Assembly (NCBI GenBank): GCA_963784355.1
Contig: CAWAQU010000008.1
Location: forward strand, 1-62,266
DNA from: an uncultured bacterium
Lineage (GTDB): Bacteria > Patescibacteriota > JACMRA01
Length of the DNA: 62,266 nucleotides
Reading direction: 5' to 3'
Position 1 is the stretch's first letter; each line of letters begins with the position of its first letter. Under the pieces are notes generated by a model that saw only the letters and a program-made list of their open reading frames with translations, was not told the origin of the DNA and did not search any database. Position numbers and translations under genes: made by a program. Below are positions 41,999-52,282 of this stretch, in pieces.

Positions 41999-44410
41999 CT
42001 ACCTACTTATAGTAGGGCTTGAGGCAGTGGGACCGGATGGATATGATACTCCAGGACCGGAAGTAATTTTATTTTCCTCCATTTGCTTTTTAAGTATCTC
42101 CCCGTCTTTTCCAAAATCCATATTTTTTACAATTTCAATCTGATCGTCTAGACTTAAGCCGTTGTATTGGCTAGCCGTATTAATTATTACAGTTTTACCT
42201 TTTACCTCCAAAAATACCAAACTCATATTTGCCTGAGTATCATTTATTTTTGTTGTATCCTTATAATTTTCTACATTAACATCCTGTTTCTTAGCTTTTA
42301 AGTCAGAGGCAAGCTTATTTATATCAAGATTTTTCAATTCAGTATCCAAAACACTTAAATTAATAGTACTGAAAGTACTTGAACTACTTGGGCTGGACAT
42401 ACCGTTATTGTTATCATATTTCTGACTATACATAATTCCAAATCCATTATACTTTTCAATGAGACAATCTGGTAGCATGTATGAGCTCTCCAGATAATTC
42501 AAACAAGTTGTTTCAGTCTTTTTTTGGGATTTAGATATGCTTATAGCGAAAATTTTATATTTTTTGGATAGATCACCTGGAAGTAAACTTTTCTGCGGGT
42601 CAATACCTTCAAAACTATTGTTGATGGTAGTCATCGGGTAAGCATCGGATCTCTCTTTATTAATTTTATCATATTTCTCCGCTTCAACTGCGCTTAAACT
42701 TTTGAACGTAAATGCTGGCTTACCGGGTTGAATATTAATATTTTCTTGTTGTGAAGAAAGTCTATAATAATATTTATCTAAATTAAAACCCAGATATTTG
42801 GTTGAATTAGGTGCAGGTGCTCCTTGTGCACATACAGTACCTTTTTTACAATCATCAGGGCCAGGTGTTGTAACTTCATAAGTAGAAACATAATACTCAG
42901 CAGGGATGCTTTTTCCATCTACTATTACAGTAGTTTGTTGCACATTCTCTATTTTATAAACAGCTTCGGGTCTTGGCTTAGTCTCAAATATATCAACTGA
43001 GTATTTTTCGGTACTATAATTGCCAACCGGCACATTCTTACTACTTTCAATTATGTTATCATCCAGATTAGGATTAAAATCTTTACTATTCCTAAGATCA
43101 TTTATTTCTTTATCGTTATACAAAGCACTATCACTTGCGTATACATTAGAATCTGGGGTGTCTACATACAAATATTTATACTTTTTTATAAAATTAGACA
43201 CTGTATTTTGATCGTATACTGTATTATAATCTCTACTTGTAACCTGTTTTATTTCAATATTATTTAATTCATCGTTATTAAAGATTTTCGCCGGGTCGGA
43301 ATTTTCTATCAGTTTGCTTTGGATTTTTTTGGTAGTAGATACAAGCTGATCACCTCTATATTCTTCAGTCAAATACAACTCAAACTTATCAAGATCAACA
43401 TAAAACTTAGTTGCATCAGTTGTGTTCATAGCCGTACCAGCTGAATAAAATCCGTCTTGTTGATTTTTAATCTCTAAAACAGTATATTCCCTTCCATCTT
43501 TAGTTTGCTTACCAAGATTTTTAACAGTTTCATTTTGCAAAATGTATTTTAAAAACTCCAATTCAAAATTTCCTTCGGCATTAAAAGACATGCCGTTTAA
43601 ATACCTACCCTCTTGAAATGTTTCTTTTATGGCATATTTACCCCCATAATAATCTAGACTGTAGTTTGGTGTAAATATATTGGCAGCTACAACTTTTTGG
43701 TCTTGAATAAGTAAGTTTTTATTGTAGTTTGCACTTATCCAAGTTTTTGAGGTTGCAGGTTTTTTAAAGTCAACGCTATTGGAGACACCTGATAATGCCA
43801 TCGAACGTACGTCAGGAGCATAATTCATAGTCTCAAGCTCAACATAGTAAATTTTATCATCATTTACTTTTTTTTCTTGCGAAATTTCTTTTGATGTGTC
43901 GGTATTTACATTACTTGAAGACACTTTACCTGCACTTCCATTTTCTGCGGCATGTACATCCAATTTATTAACTGAAGCAGATATTTTATTCAGATCTTCA
44001 GGAGTTAAGCCGGAAATTTCTTTCAATCTAACTGCAGCTAATTGCTTGATTTCTCCTACGCTTTTTGTAGGACTGTTTGCTGCAATATTATCTTTGTTTG
44101 TTGAATTTTTGGTAGGATTATTTTTATTATAATATAGAAAACCGGCACTAAAAAGTATCAAAAATATACTTAAGCCACTACCTAAATAAATAAAATTTTT
44201 GTAAGTAAAGAATTGCTGCCAAGAGACTTTTTGCTTTTGCAAGTTTGTTGTATTTGATGGTTCCATATTATTAGTGGTTACAGATAATTGAGCGGATAGT
44301 TTTGACCACACTTGCTTTTTAGAGCCCTCGAGTAGCTCGGTATTTAGCTTTTCATCTTTTAGATGGGTTAACATCTCTTCGATTTCATTTTCAGTGTATC
44401 TCTTATCCAT
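41999..44410 (-). CDS. Putative membrane anti-sigma factor with large extracellular domain
   Basis: Starts 6 bp after the ECF sigma; ~70-aa cytoplasmic N-terminus, one TM, ~700-aa external region. Confidence 0.6.
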   Translation of the reverse strand: MDKRYTENEIEEMLTHLKDEKLNTELLEGSKKQVWSKLSAQLSVTTNNMEPSNTTNLQKQKVSWQQFFTYKNFIYLGSGLSIFLILFSAGFLYYNKNNPTKNSTNKDNIAANSPTKSVGEIKQLAAVRLKEISGLTPEDLNKISASVNKLDVHAAENGSAGKVSSSNVNTDTSKEISQEKKVNDDKIYYVELETMNYAPDVRSMALSGVSNSVDFKKPATSKTWISANYNKNLLIQDQKVVAANIFTPNYSLDYYGGKYAIKETFQEGRYLNGMSFNAEGNFELEFLKYILQNETVKNLGKQTKDGREYTVLEIKNQQDGFYSAGTAMNTTDATKFYVDLDKFELYLTEEYRGDQLVSTTKKIQSKLIENSDPAKIFNNDELNNIEIKQVTSRDYNTVYDQNTVSNFIKKYKYLYVDTPDSNVYASDSALYNDKEINDLRNSKDFNPNLDDNIIESSKNVPVGNYSTEKYSVDIFETKPRPEAVYKIENVQQTTVIVDGKSIPAEYYVSTYEVTTPGPDDCKKGTVCAQGAPAPNSTKYLGFNLDKYYYRLSSQQENINIQPGKPAFTFKSLSAVEAEKYDKINKERSDAYPMTTINNSFEGIDPQKSLLPGDLSKKYKIFAISISKSQKKTETTCLNYLESSYMLPDCLIEKYNGFGIMYSQKYDNNNGMSSPSSSSTFSTINLSVLDTELKNLDINKLASDLKAKKQDVNVENYKDTTKINDTQANMSLVFLEVKGKTVIINTASQYNGLSLDDQIEIVKNMDFGKDGEILKKQMEENKITSGPGVSYPSGPTASSPTISR

Positions 44411-44416
44411 ATCTCA

Positions 44417-44956
44417 CTAATTTAATGTTTGTGGGGGTACAATATTTTCTTTATTTAAAATTTCTTTTAGGTATTTTACACCTCGCTTTTGGTAGGTATG
44501 CACCTGATCTTCAGTAATATTCATAATCCGTGCAACCTCTTTTCGTGTTTTTTGTTGAATAAATCTTAGCTCCAAAACCTGTTTTACGTTCGAATTTAAT
44601 GTGTTTATTGCCTCCCTAAGCATTGATTTTCTTTTTTCATTTTCCTCATCAAAATTATCATTCTCATAAGCCTCAAAATAGCTTACCTCATTTTCATAGT
44701 CATATTCATCAACATACTCTACTGAGCTACTTTCCACACGCGATCTTACCCATTCTCTGTAAATATTTAAACAAATCCCAAGTAAAATTCTCTTACATTC
44801 AGAACTATCACCAGAAAGTTTATACTCATAATTTTTGTAAAACCTGAAGTAGGCCTCCTGCACCAAATCCTCAATCTGGCCAAATTCCACAGATTTATAA
44901 AAATAGAAACGAAAGCAAGCTTTAAAACTTTGGTTATAAAACTCTTCAAATTGCAC
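44417..44956 (-). CDS. ECF sigma-70 factor
   Basis: EDLVQEAY (region 2); LNSNVKQVLELRF...KEVARIMNI (region 4). Confidence 0.88.
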   Translation of the reverse strand: MQFEEFYNQSFKACFRFYFYKSVEFGQIEDLVQEAYFRFYKNYEYKLSGDSSECKRILLGICLNIYREWVRSRVESSSVEYVDEYDYENEVSYFEAYENDNFDEENEKRKSMLREAINTLNSNVKQVLELRFIQQKTRKEVARIMNITEDQVHTYQKRGVKYLKEILNKENIVPPQTLN

Positions 44957-45174
44957 AATATCTCTTGAAAACCCATTTTTTAGAAAAAAGTCAAGGTTGT
45001 TACTTTGCGTATGGTTAAATAATATAGAACAGTAACAGTAGTTATGACTTCGTATAATATCAAATTTTGACTGAGAATACCTATATTTTAAGGTAGGCTA
45101 CTTGTCAAAAAAATGTATTTGTCAGATTTGGAAAAGTAGTTTATACTCCAGCCACAAACCAAGCCTAAGTAAAT

Positions 45175-45990
45175 ATGTTTTCTAAAATCCAAAACATCCT
45201 AAAATCAAATCTTTCAATAATCCTGTTTTTCTCAGTGATAATATTTTTTGGCTATTCGATCTACCATAATAGCAATCAAGGTGGAGAAAATGCAAGAACT
45301 TTGATAGATTTTGCAAAAACTAGTGTAGAGGAAATAGATCAAAATTTTACAGAAATAAATAGTACCAGCCTAGTGGGGCAGGCCAGTCCTGAGAATTATG
45401 ATAAATTGACCGGTAAGTTAGATGTGCTTTCTAAAAAGTTACAAAACTATGCGGCCACTGTGCCAAACAAAAATACTGATTCAAGCAGCCTTAAGCTAGA
45501 AAAATCTTTGAAAGACTTTTACCTAAATACCAAATCAAAAATAATTGAAAAATACATTGAAAAATACACTACAGAAAAAACACTTCTAACTGATTATACA
45601 GTTTATGGTCAATTGAAAACTAATGTATCAAGTGGCTTAAAAAAGGACGTTTTAAATTCAGTAGAAAGCGGTACAAAAACAATCAATTTTGAATCAAAAT
45701 ACGCAACCCTATCTCAAGACTCAAAAACTCAGGCAAACATTTTAAAAAATGCAAAAGAGGATTTGGAAAAGCTGAGCCAAGTTAAAACTTTGTTGGACCC
45801 AATAAGTACAGACAATTTATCAGCTCAGCAAATTGATAGTATTAAAAACATCTATAAAGATGCTTGGCCGGTTGAAAATCACATGTTTCCGAAGATTTTA
45901 ATAACCGATTTGAAAAGTAAAGACTTTATTGATAATATTACTCAACTGCAAACCAACATAAATGCCGTAGCTAAGCAATATTCACTCTAG
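45175..45990 (+). CDS. Hypothetical membrane-anchored helical protein
   Basis: N-terminal TM; 271-aa ORF. Confidence 0.6.
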   Translation: MFSKIQNILKSNLSIILFFSVIIFFGYSIYHNSNQGGENARTLIDFAKTSVEEIDQNFTEINSTSLVGQASPENYDKLTGKLDVLSKKLQNYAATVPNKNTDSSSLKLEKSLKDFYLNTKSKIIEKYIEKYTTEKTLLTDYTVYGQLKTNVSSGLKKDVLNSVESGTKTINFESKYATLSQDSKTQANILKNAKEDLEKLSQVKTLLDPISTDNLSAQQIDSIKNIYKDAWPVENHMFPKILITDLKSKDFIDNITQLQTNINAVAKQYSL

Positions 45991-46026
45991 GTTGACTTAA
46001 AGAAAAAACATTGCCAAAAATAACCT

Positions 46027-46974
46027 GTGTCAGGTCTCAAAAGAGTCAATCTTAATGCAGAAAATAAAGAGGTTTTGAAAAAGCTCGCAAATGCAGAAAT
46101 TTACCTAAGAAACAATTTTGGGCAAAATCAAGATGCTATTTCAGTACTTTTAGATCAAGGCAAACAAAATGCATTTATATATCTTCAGCGCAACCGGCTG
46201 GGTCAAAAATTGAGTATATTTGAAGAAAACAACCTATTTACTGCCGTTGTGGATTTAGGTAAAAAGATTGGTATTACAAATACTCCAAGAAGAATTGAAT
46301 GCTATGACATTTCACACCTTTCAGGTAAATTTGTGTATGGCTCAATGGTTACTTTTATAGATGGCAAGCCTGCAAAAAAATTTTATAAACTATTCAAAAC
46401 CAAGGAGCAAAATAACGATTTTGAAAATCACCAAGAAGTTTTAAGACGTAGATTTCAGCGCACTTTAGATTGGGAATTAGAAAATAAGGTCAATGTAAAA
46501 AATACGGAGAATCCTTGGAAATTAGCTGATTTAATTATTGTTGACGGTGGAAAAGGCCAATTATCTGCAGATTTAACAATTTTGGAGGAATTTAGAGCTA
46601 AATTTTTGGAAAACGATATTGAATTTAAAGTAGATATTTGCGCTCTAGCTAAGCGTGAAGAAGAAATATTTTTACCATACAACCCCACTCCAGTTTTAGT
46701 AGAAAATCAAACAAAATTTTTAGTACAGCGAATTCGAGATGAGGCACATAGATTTGCTATCACAAACAATCGAAATGCTAGGTTGAAAACAGCCAAAAAA
46801 AGCCAATTAGAAGAGATAAGTGGTATAGGCCAGATCACTAAAGAAAAACTTTTAACCGCCTTTAGTTCAGTGGATAATATAGTTGACAATCTTTATAAAA
46901 ACCCCGAATTAGTCTACGAACTGGTGGGCAAAAACATCACCCAAAAACTTAAGACTCATTTTGGTGTTCTTTAA
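46027..46974 (+). CDS. uvrC: UvrC C-terminal half (RNase H-like endonuclease + HhH)
   Basis: RRIECYDISH, DLIIVDGGKGQL, LAKREE, QRIRDEAHRFA, ISGIG; no GIY-YIG domain. Confidence 0.85.
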   Translation: MSGLKRVNLNAENKEVLKKLANAEIYLRNNFGQNQDAISVLLDQGKQNAFIYLQRNRLGQKLSIFEENNLFTAVVDLGKKIGITNTPRRIECYDISHLSGKFVYGSMVTFIDGKPAKKFYKLFKTKEQNNDFENHQEVLRRRFQRTLDWELENKVNVKNTENPWKLADLIIVDGGKGQLSADLTILEEFRAKFLENDIEFKVDICALAKREEEIFLPYNPTPVLVENQTKFLVQRIRDEAHRFAITNNRNARLKTAKKSQLEEISGIGQITKEKLLTAFSSVDNIVDNLYKNPELVYELVGKNITQKLKTHFGVL

Positions 46975-46991
46975 AATTTTTTAATACAAAT

Positions 46992-48251
46992 ATGCATCCA
47001 GGCTCTTCAGGCAATACTCATAGTAAGTATTTTTTAGTTATCAGTACAATTATTATTTTGATCGCTGGCGGAATTTTTATTTTTCTGCAAAACAATAAGA
47101 CTGGTCAGACAAAAAGCAATTCAAAAAATAATTTTACAGATTCTAATACAAGCACAACTAATCCGGTAACACCAGAAACAATTGCAGTAAAAGAGTTTAG
47201 CAAACCAGAGAAAATAGCTTTAAACACCATGTTTTTTGGAGACGTTTTCTGGGGTAGATACGTTGATGATTGGGCCAAAGCCAGCCCGTTAAAATACTCC
47301 TACCCTTTTTCGGGATTGAATACTTTGCAGCGTGAAAAATATGATGCTTGGATTGCTGATATGGAATGCCCCATTACTAGTACTTACCTGGATTCCAAAA
47401 CTCAAGATAGCAAGTTGAAATTTAGCTGCCCTACTGAATATACTTCTGAGGCTGCTAAGTGGTTTAATGCTTTTACTTTAGCAAATAATCACACGGACAA
47501 TATGGAAGAAGTGCAGGGTTTTAAGCAAACTAGAGAAAACCTGGAAGCCAATAAAATTCAGTATTTCGGACATTTTGATAACTCTGTAAAAAATGATATT
47601 TGTGAAGTAGTTAGTTTTAAAGCAAAAGGGGTATTTTCATCCACTCCGGGCGAGAAAGAAAGCATGGAATATTATGTCCCACTAGCTATGTGCGGGTACC
47701 ACAATGTATTCAAGTTGCCTACTGAAGACGAGCTAAAAGTGATTAGCGATTATTCAAAATACTTGCCTACAATTGTTATGCCGCATCAAGGTAAAGAATA
47801 TACATATACCGCTGATGAATTACAGAGGAGTTTTTACAAAAAAATGATTGACCTGGGAGCTGATGCAGTAATTGCCGACCATGTACACTCCGTTCAAGAT
47901 ACGGAAGCCTATAAAGGTAAATTAATAGTTTATTCACTCGGCAACTTTATTTTTGACCAGCAAAGAGGAGCGCAAGTTACTCAAGCTATAGGAGCAAATC
48001 TCAACTTTAGTTTTGAAAATGATTTAAATATGCAGCAATGGACCATTTTTTCAGAAAGCTGCAAAAAATTTAAGGACAATTGCCTGGAAAAAGCTAGGGA
48101 ATTAAAATTACAAAAACCTAAATTTAATATCATATATGATATAATCCCTACGGATAACTCCGGAAAATTAGCCAAAAAAGCCGATGAAAAAACAGCAAAA
48201 CTAATTTTAGAAAAGGTTGGCTGGGAAAAGACTAAGAAAGGCTTAAAATAG
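46992..48251 (+). CDS. CapA family metallophosphatase-fold protein
   Basis: GDV, LANNH, PHQGKEY, GAD..IADHVH, YSLGNFIFDQ. Confidence 0.9.
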   Translation: MHPGSSGNTHSKYFLVISTIIILIAGGIFIFLQNNKTGQTKSNSKNNFTDSNTSTTNPVTPETIAVKEFSKPEKIALNTMFFGDVFWGRYVDDWAKASPLKYSYPFSGLNTLQREKYDAWIADMECPITSTYLDSKTQDSKLKFSCPTEYTSEAAKWFNAFTLANNHTDNMEEVQGFKQTRENLEANKIQYFGHFDNSVKNDICEVVSFKAKGVFSSTPGEKESMEYYVPLAMCGYHNVFKLPTEDELKVISDYSKYLPTIVMPHQGKEYTYTADELQRSFYKKMIDLGADAVIADHVHSVQDTEAYKGKLIVYSLGNFIFDQQRGAQVTQAIGANLNFSFENDLNMQQWTIFSESCKKFKDNCLEKARELKLQKPKFNIIYDIIPTDNSGKLAKKADEKTAKLILEKVGWEKTKKGLK

Positions 48252-48272
48252 GGTTTTTAAGTAAGGTAAATT

Positions 48273-48881
48273 ATGAATTTTACACAAGTAATATACAAAA
48301 ATTTTCAAGTCGCACTTACTGAAATACCAAAAATGCTGGAACAAGAAAAATTAAGAATTATTGGCATTGGAGGTAGAGCAGGAAGCGGGAAAACTTACTT
48401 TACCGAAAAATTAATAGAGAAATTAAATAACGTAACTCAAATTGGTTTAGATGAATTTCATTTTCCAAAGGTTGAGAGTGATAGCAGTAAACATTACGAT
48501 TATAACAGATTAATAAAGGAAGTTATAGCACCTTTTAAGAAACAAAACTTTCCAATTAAATATCAAAGATATAATTTTGGTGATGCTAAAGGTTTAGATT
48601 ATGACGGACTTGATGAGTGGATAACTATTAGCGAGTGTAAGATTATCATTATTGAAGGGTTTTCGGTTATAAATCCAGAGCTGCTGCCGTATCTTGATTT
48701 AGCTATTTGGATAGAATCTAATCCAGAAATAAGCATAGAAAAGGCAGTTAGAAGAAATACTGAAGAATACAAACTAAAACCAATGTCGAAGGAATCTGTT
48801 GATATGTGGAAAACTGGGCAGGAGCGTTGGGTAGAGAAATATAAACCACAATCAAATGCCAATATTTTAATTTATAATTAA
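48273..48881 (+). CDS. Uridine kinase-like P-loop kinase
   Basis: IGIGGRAGSGKT, LDEFH, IIIEG. Confidence 0.8.
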   Translation: MNFTQVIYKNFQVALTEIPKMLEQEKLRIIGIGGRAGSGKTYFTEKLIEKLNNVTQIGLDEFHFPKVESDSSKHYDYNRLIKEVIAPFKKQNFPIKYQRYNFGDAKGLDYDGLDEWITISECKIIIIEGFSVINPELLPYLDLAIWIESNPEISIEKAVRRNTEEYKLKPMSKESVDMWKTGQERWVEKYKPQSNANILIYN

Positions 48882-48893
48882 TTAAGCTACAAT

Positions 48894-49220
48894 ATGCCAG
48901 TAAGCAATAAGAATTTAAAATTGACCAATCTTAAAATAAATGAATTAGAGAAAGCTCATCAAGAATTATACACTTTAGCTACAAAATTATACAGTACTTT
49001 AATCAATCATGAAAAAACTTACCGGCCAGGTGAATTACTTGAAAAAGATTTGAGCAAGATTAGTATTTCGGACCTATTTGAGCAAATAGAAGGTTGGTAT
49101 TTATATAGTGAATGTGATATTCCAAACCTAACTGATTATAAAGATAAAATACAAAACCCAGAAATAGAGGCAATTTGCCAGACAGCTATTGAGTTAATAA
49201 TAGCTCTTAACAGTAAGTAG
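48894..49220 (+). CDS. Hypothetical protein
   Basis: 108-aa ORF, co-oriented with its neighbours. Confidence 0.5.
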   Translation: MPVSNKNLKLTNLKINELEKAHQELYTLATKLYSTLINHEKTYRPGELLEKDLSKISISDLFEQIEGWYLYSECDIPNLTDYKDKIQNPEIEAICQTAIELIIALNSK

Positions 49221-49309
49221 GCTTTAATTTGATGTGGTAGCTGGCACCTTATTTACAAAACTTAAAAGATGTGTTATTGGTATAGCATTATACTTAATTT
49301 GAGCAAAAC

Positions 49310-51373
49310 ATGAAAAATCTTATAGGTAACATAGCCAAACAGGCAATCAACAAACTTGAGCAAGCATTACCACCTTCTAAAGAAATTAAGAATTTTAAAC
49401 TTCTAAGCTATGAAAACCTTGAGAAACAACCACAGATCCTAACTGTTGATTTAGCATCCCATAAACCGATTGAGATGAGACTGACTGCTAAAAACGGAAA
49501 GTTTTATTTTGAAGCAGTTGATAAAAAAGCAGCATCCCAATATGCAACACCTCAAGAGATTAAAAACAATGGTCATTTTGGAAATGAAGCTTTTCCATAT
49601 TTGAGATTTAAGCTAGTACCTAAGGTTGGCTTAGTAATTACAAACCCTCTTAGTCATGATATCAAAATCACAAACGAACTTGATTTAACGCTTAACAAAA
49701 ACGAATCTTATTTTGAATGTACAAGCGGACCCGAAATCAAATTTCCAGCCGTGTATGAAAATTGGGAATATCTAAGAAGCTGGACTGAGTATTTAGAAAA
49801 CAAATTTCAAATACGACTATCTCCAACAGTTCGCATTCTACCTGATGGGAAAATTAAAATAGTAGATCCCGACATTATAGGTATTTCAAGAAGTAATATT
49901 AACTATGTTGAACCAAATACTACCATTTATACACCACCCCTTAATCAACCCATTCAAGCACAACCAAAACTACCCCTGCCACCTGTGGCAAATCAATCTG
50001 TACAAATCAATCCTATAGTTCCAAACTTAAAACAAACTGTGGGATTGAATCAAGCTATAAATCTTGGTGAAAAGCTTAACTTTGGTGAAAAAACAGCAAA
50101 TGGAGATATTAGAAATTTAGAATTAAATGAACTTCCGATTACAATAAATTTAGGTAGCAATAAGGTAAATATTTTTAAGAATCCGAATACTGATGAAATT
50201 AGCCTGACATATGCCGACCCGCAAAATCCGGTCAACCTAAAATTATTGCCTGGAAACTACACTACAATCGGTAGAGATTCAGCATTTAAAATAGGAAATC
50301 CAAATGATTTGACACTTTCCAGACAACATTTACAAGTACAATTTACAGAAAACAACGGCAAATTTTACCTTATAATCAAAGACACTTCTACCAATGGCAC
50401 AACTTACGAAAAATTTACTTCCAAGGCAATTCAACCTAAGCAGACGATTCAAAATTTTACTCGTTCCGGCAATAAAAATCAAGTTAATCTGCCTAACCAA
50501 ATACTTCAATCAACCCCGGATCCACTAGAAAAATTCTCCACTCCCGAGTCAAAAAAAGTTATGGGAGAGTTCTTAGAGTTTTTTAAAGCTAACAAAGTTG
50601 AACTGGGTAGTGGAATAGGAGTTGATTATTTCATCTATCTCAATTTTTACAACAAATATAATGCACCCATTTTAGCTGTTGATGAATTGGCCAGTAAAGA
50701 AAAAGAATTTGAAAAAGATAGCAAATTTCTGATTAGTAAATTTTCCACATCAGGTCAAGTTTTTAATGATGAAAGAATAGTATCTTTTAACTACTTTAGG
50801 ATTACTGACAAGTTCGGAAATTACAATATCAATTACAGTCCAGAGAATCTAGGTAGAATCTATATAAATTTTAGCCCAAACGAGTTAGTTAAAAATATAA
50901 AATTAGTTATAGAAGAACTTAAAAATGCAAATATTAGTGTAGATATTAAATACCCAAGAACTTATGTCAACGCACTTAATAGAAGTGATAATTGTGTGAT
51001 TTATTTTGATTATAAAAATTCAGAAAAAATTACAAGTATTTTAGCTTCAGTTAAGCAGAAAATGGGTGGTAGTTTGAGACATGATATCCCGAAATTTACT
51101 AAGGAGTTTTCAACGGGCATTGGTTTTGGTCAAGAGCCTTTTCGAACATCCCAACCCGAATCATTTGGAACTATTAGAGCAAAAATTTTAGCAAAATTGA
51201 TTGAATTGGCCGGAAAATCAGGATTAGAAATCAACGATCCAAAATTTGATTTACACGGTAATTATGTCCGTTTATGTCAAAAATATAAAATTGATCCTGA
51301 AAATCCTGCATTTAATAAAAACTTTACTTCAAGCAATAATATTGTGAGTTTCTCAAGATTTAGACATAAATAG
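49310..51373 (+). CDS. FHA domain + C-terminal HopA1-like domain protein
   Basis: FHA: IGRD...LSRQH...DTSTNGT. HopA1-like: GRIYIN...K...RSDNCVIY...PKFTK...GIGFGQEP...SFGTIR. Confidence 0.7.
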   Translation: MKNLIGNIAKQAINKLEQALPPSKEIKNFKLLSYENLEKQPQILTVDLASHKPIEMRLTAKNGKFYFEAVDKKAASQYATPQEIKNNGHFGNEAFPYLRFKLVPKVGLVITNPLSHDIKITNELDLTLNKNESYFECTSGPEIKFPAVYENWEYLRSWTEYLENKFQIRLSPTVRILPDGKIKIVDPDIIGISRSNINYVEPNTTIYTPPLNQPIQAQPKLPLPPVANQSVQINPIVPNLKQTVGLNQAINLGEKLNFGEKTANGDIRNLELNELPITINLGSNKVNIFKNPNTDEISLTYADPQNPVNLKLLPGNYTTIGRDSAFKIGNPNDLTLSRQHLQVQFTENNGKFYLIIKDTSTNGTTYEKFTSKAIQPKQTIQNFTRSGNKNQVNLPNQILQSTPDPLEKFSTPESKKVMGEFLEFFKANKVELGSGIGVDYFIYLNFYNKYNAPILAVDELASKEKEFEKDSKFLISKFSTSGQVFNDERIVSFNYFRITDKFGNYNINYSPENLGRIYINFSPNELVKNIKLVIEELKNANISVDIKYPRTYVNALNRSDNCVIYFDYKNSEKITSILASVKQKMGGSLRHDIPKFTKEFSTGIGFGQEPFRTSQPESFGTIRAKILAKLIELAGKSGLEINDPKFDLHGNYVRLCQKYKIDPENPAFNKNFTSSNNIVSFSRFRHK

Positions 51374-51568
51374 CAGACAAGAATTTGTTGTATTTACAAA
51401 ATATATTTGAGATCAAAAAACTATTTAACTTTGTATAACAACCCCATATTTGCTTTTTCTTCTCATTTCCATTTATTTCCAACTCTAAAGGTGAAATTTT
51501 TGTTTGCCTATTTTTGAGTAAATCTTTAAGTTACAAAGTAATATTTAAATTAATTCTTAAAACTTAGT

Positions 51569-52282
51569 ATGCCCCAAGAAATAGGCCTGATTGGTTACGG
51601 AAACTTTGGTAAATTTATTGCTCCTCACCTAGCCAAATTTACAAATGTTTTAGTTTATGATCCAAGAATAGATTTAAACCAAATAAGCACTGAACAAAAT
51701 ATCGAATACACAAGCTTAGATAAAGCTTTAAACCAGCAAATAATAATTTTAGCTATTCCGGTACAATTTTTAGAGCAGTTTTTAAAAGAAAATCAAGCTA
51801 AGTTCAACCCTTCCGCTATAGTAATTGATGTATCTTCAGTAAAAATGATTCCGGTGGAACTCATGCAAAAATATCTACCAGATTCGTGTGAAATTTTAGC
51901 AACTCACCCTTTATTTGGACCAATTAGCGGCAAAAATGGTTTGAGTGGACTGAAAGTAGTCACCTGGCCCGTAAGAATACCAAAATCTAATTATAGCACA
52001 ATTTTAAATTTTCTACAAAATAAATTAAAACTAGAAGTACTTGAGAAATCTCCTGAAGAGCATGATGAACAGATGGCCTATGTCCAAGGATTGAGTTTTT
52101 TACTTGGTGAAGCTTTTAATAAATTTGATATTCCCGATACCCCGCTAAATACCAAAACTTATGAGCATTTACTGGAAGTCAAACATATTATTTCCAAAGA
52201 AAGTCCTGAGCTCATAGAAACAATCAAAAAATTCAACCCGAAGTTAACTCAAGTTTGGCAAAGTTTTCTGTCCGTCTTGTAA
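51569..52282 (+). CDS. tyrA: Prephenate dehydrogenase
   Basis: GYGNFG, DVSSVK, THPLFGP, EEHDEQMAYVQ. Confidence 0.88.
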   Translation: MPQEIGLIGYGNFGKFIAPHLAKFTNVLVYDPRIDLNQISTEQNIEYTSLDKALNQQIIILAIPVQFLEQFLKENQAKFNPSAIVIDVSSVKMIPVELMQKYLPDSCEILATHPLFGPISGKNGLSGLKVVTWPVRIPKSNYSTILNFLQNKLKLEVLEKSPEEHDEQMAYVQGLSFLLGEAFNKFDIPDTPLNTKTYEHLLEVKHIISKESPELIETIKKFNPKLTQVWQSFLSVL

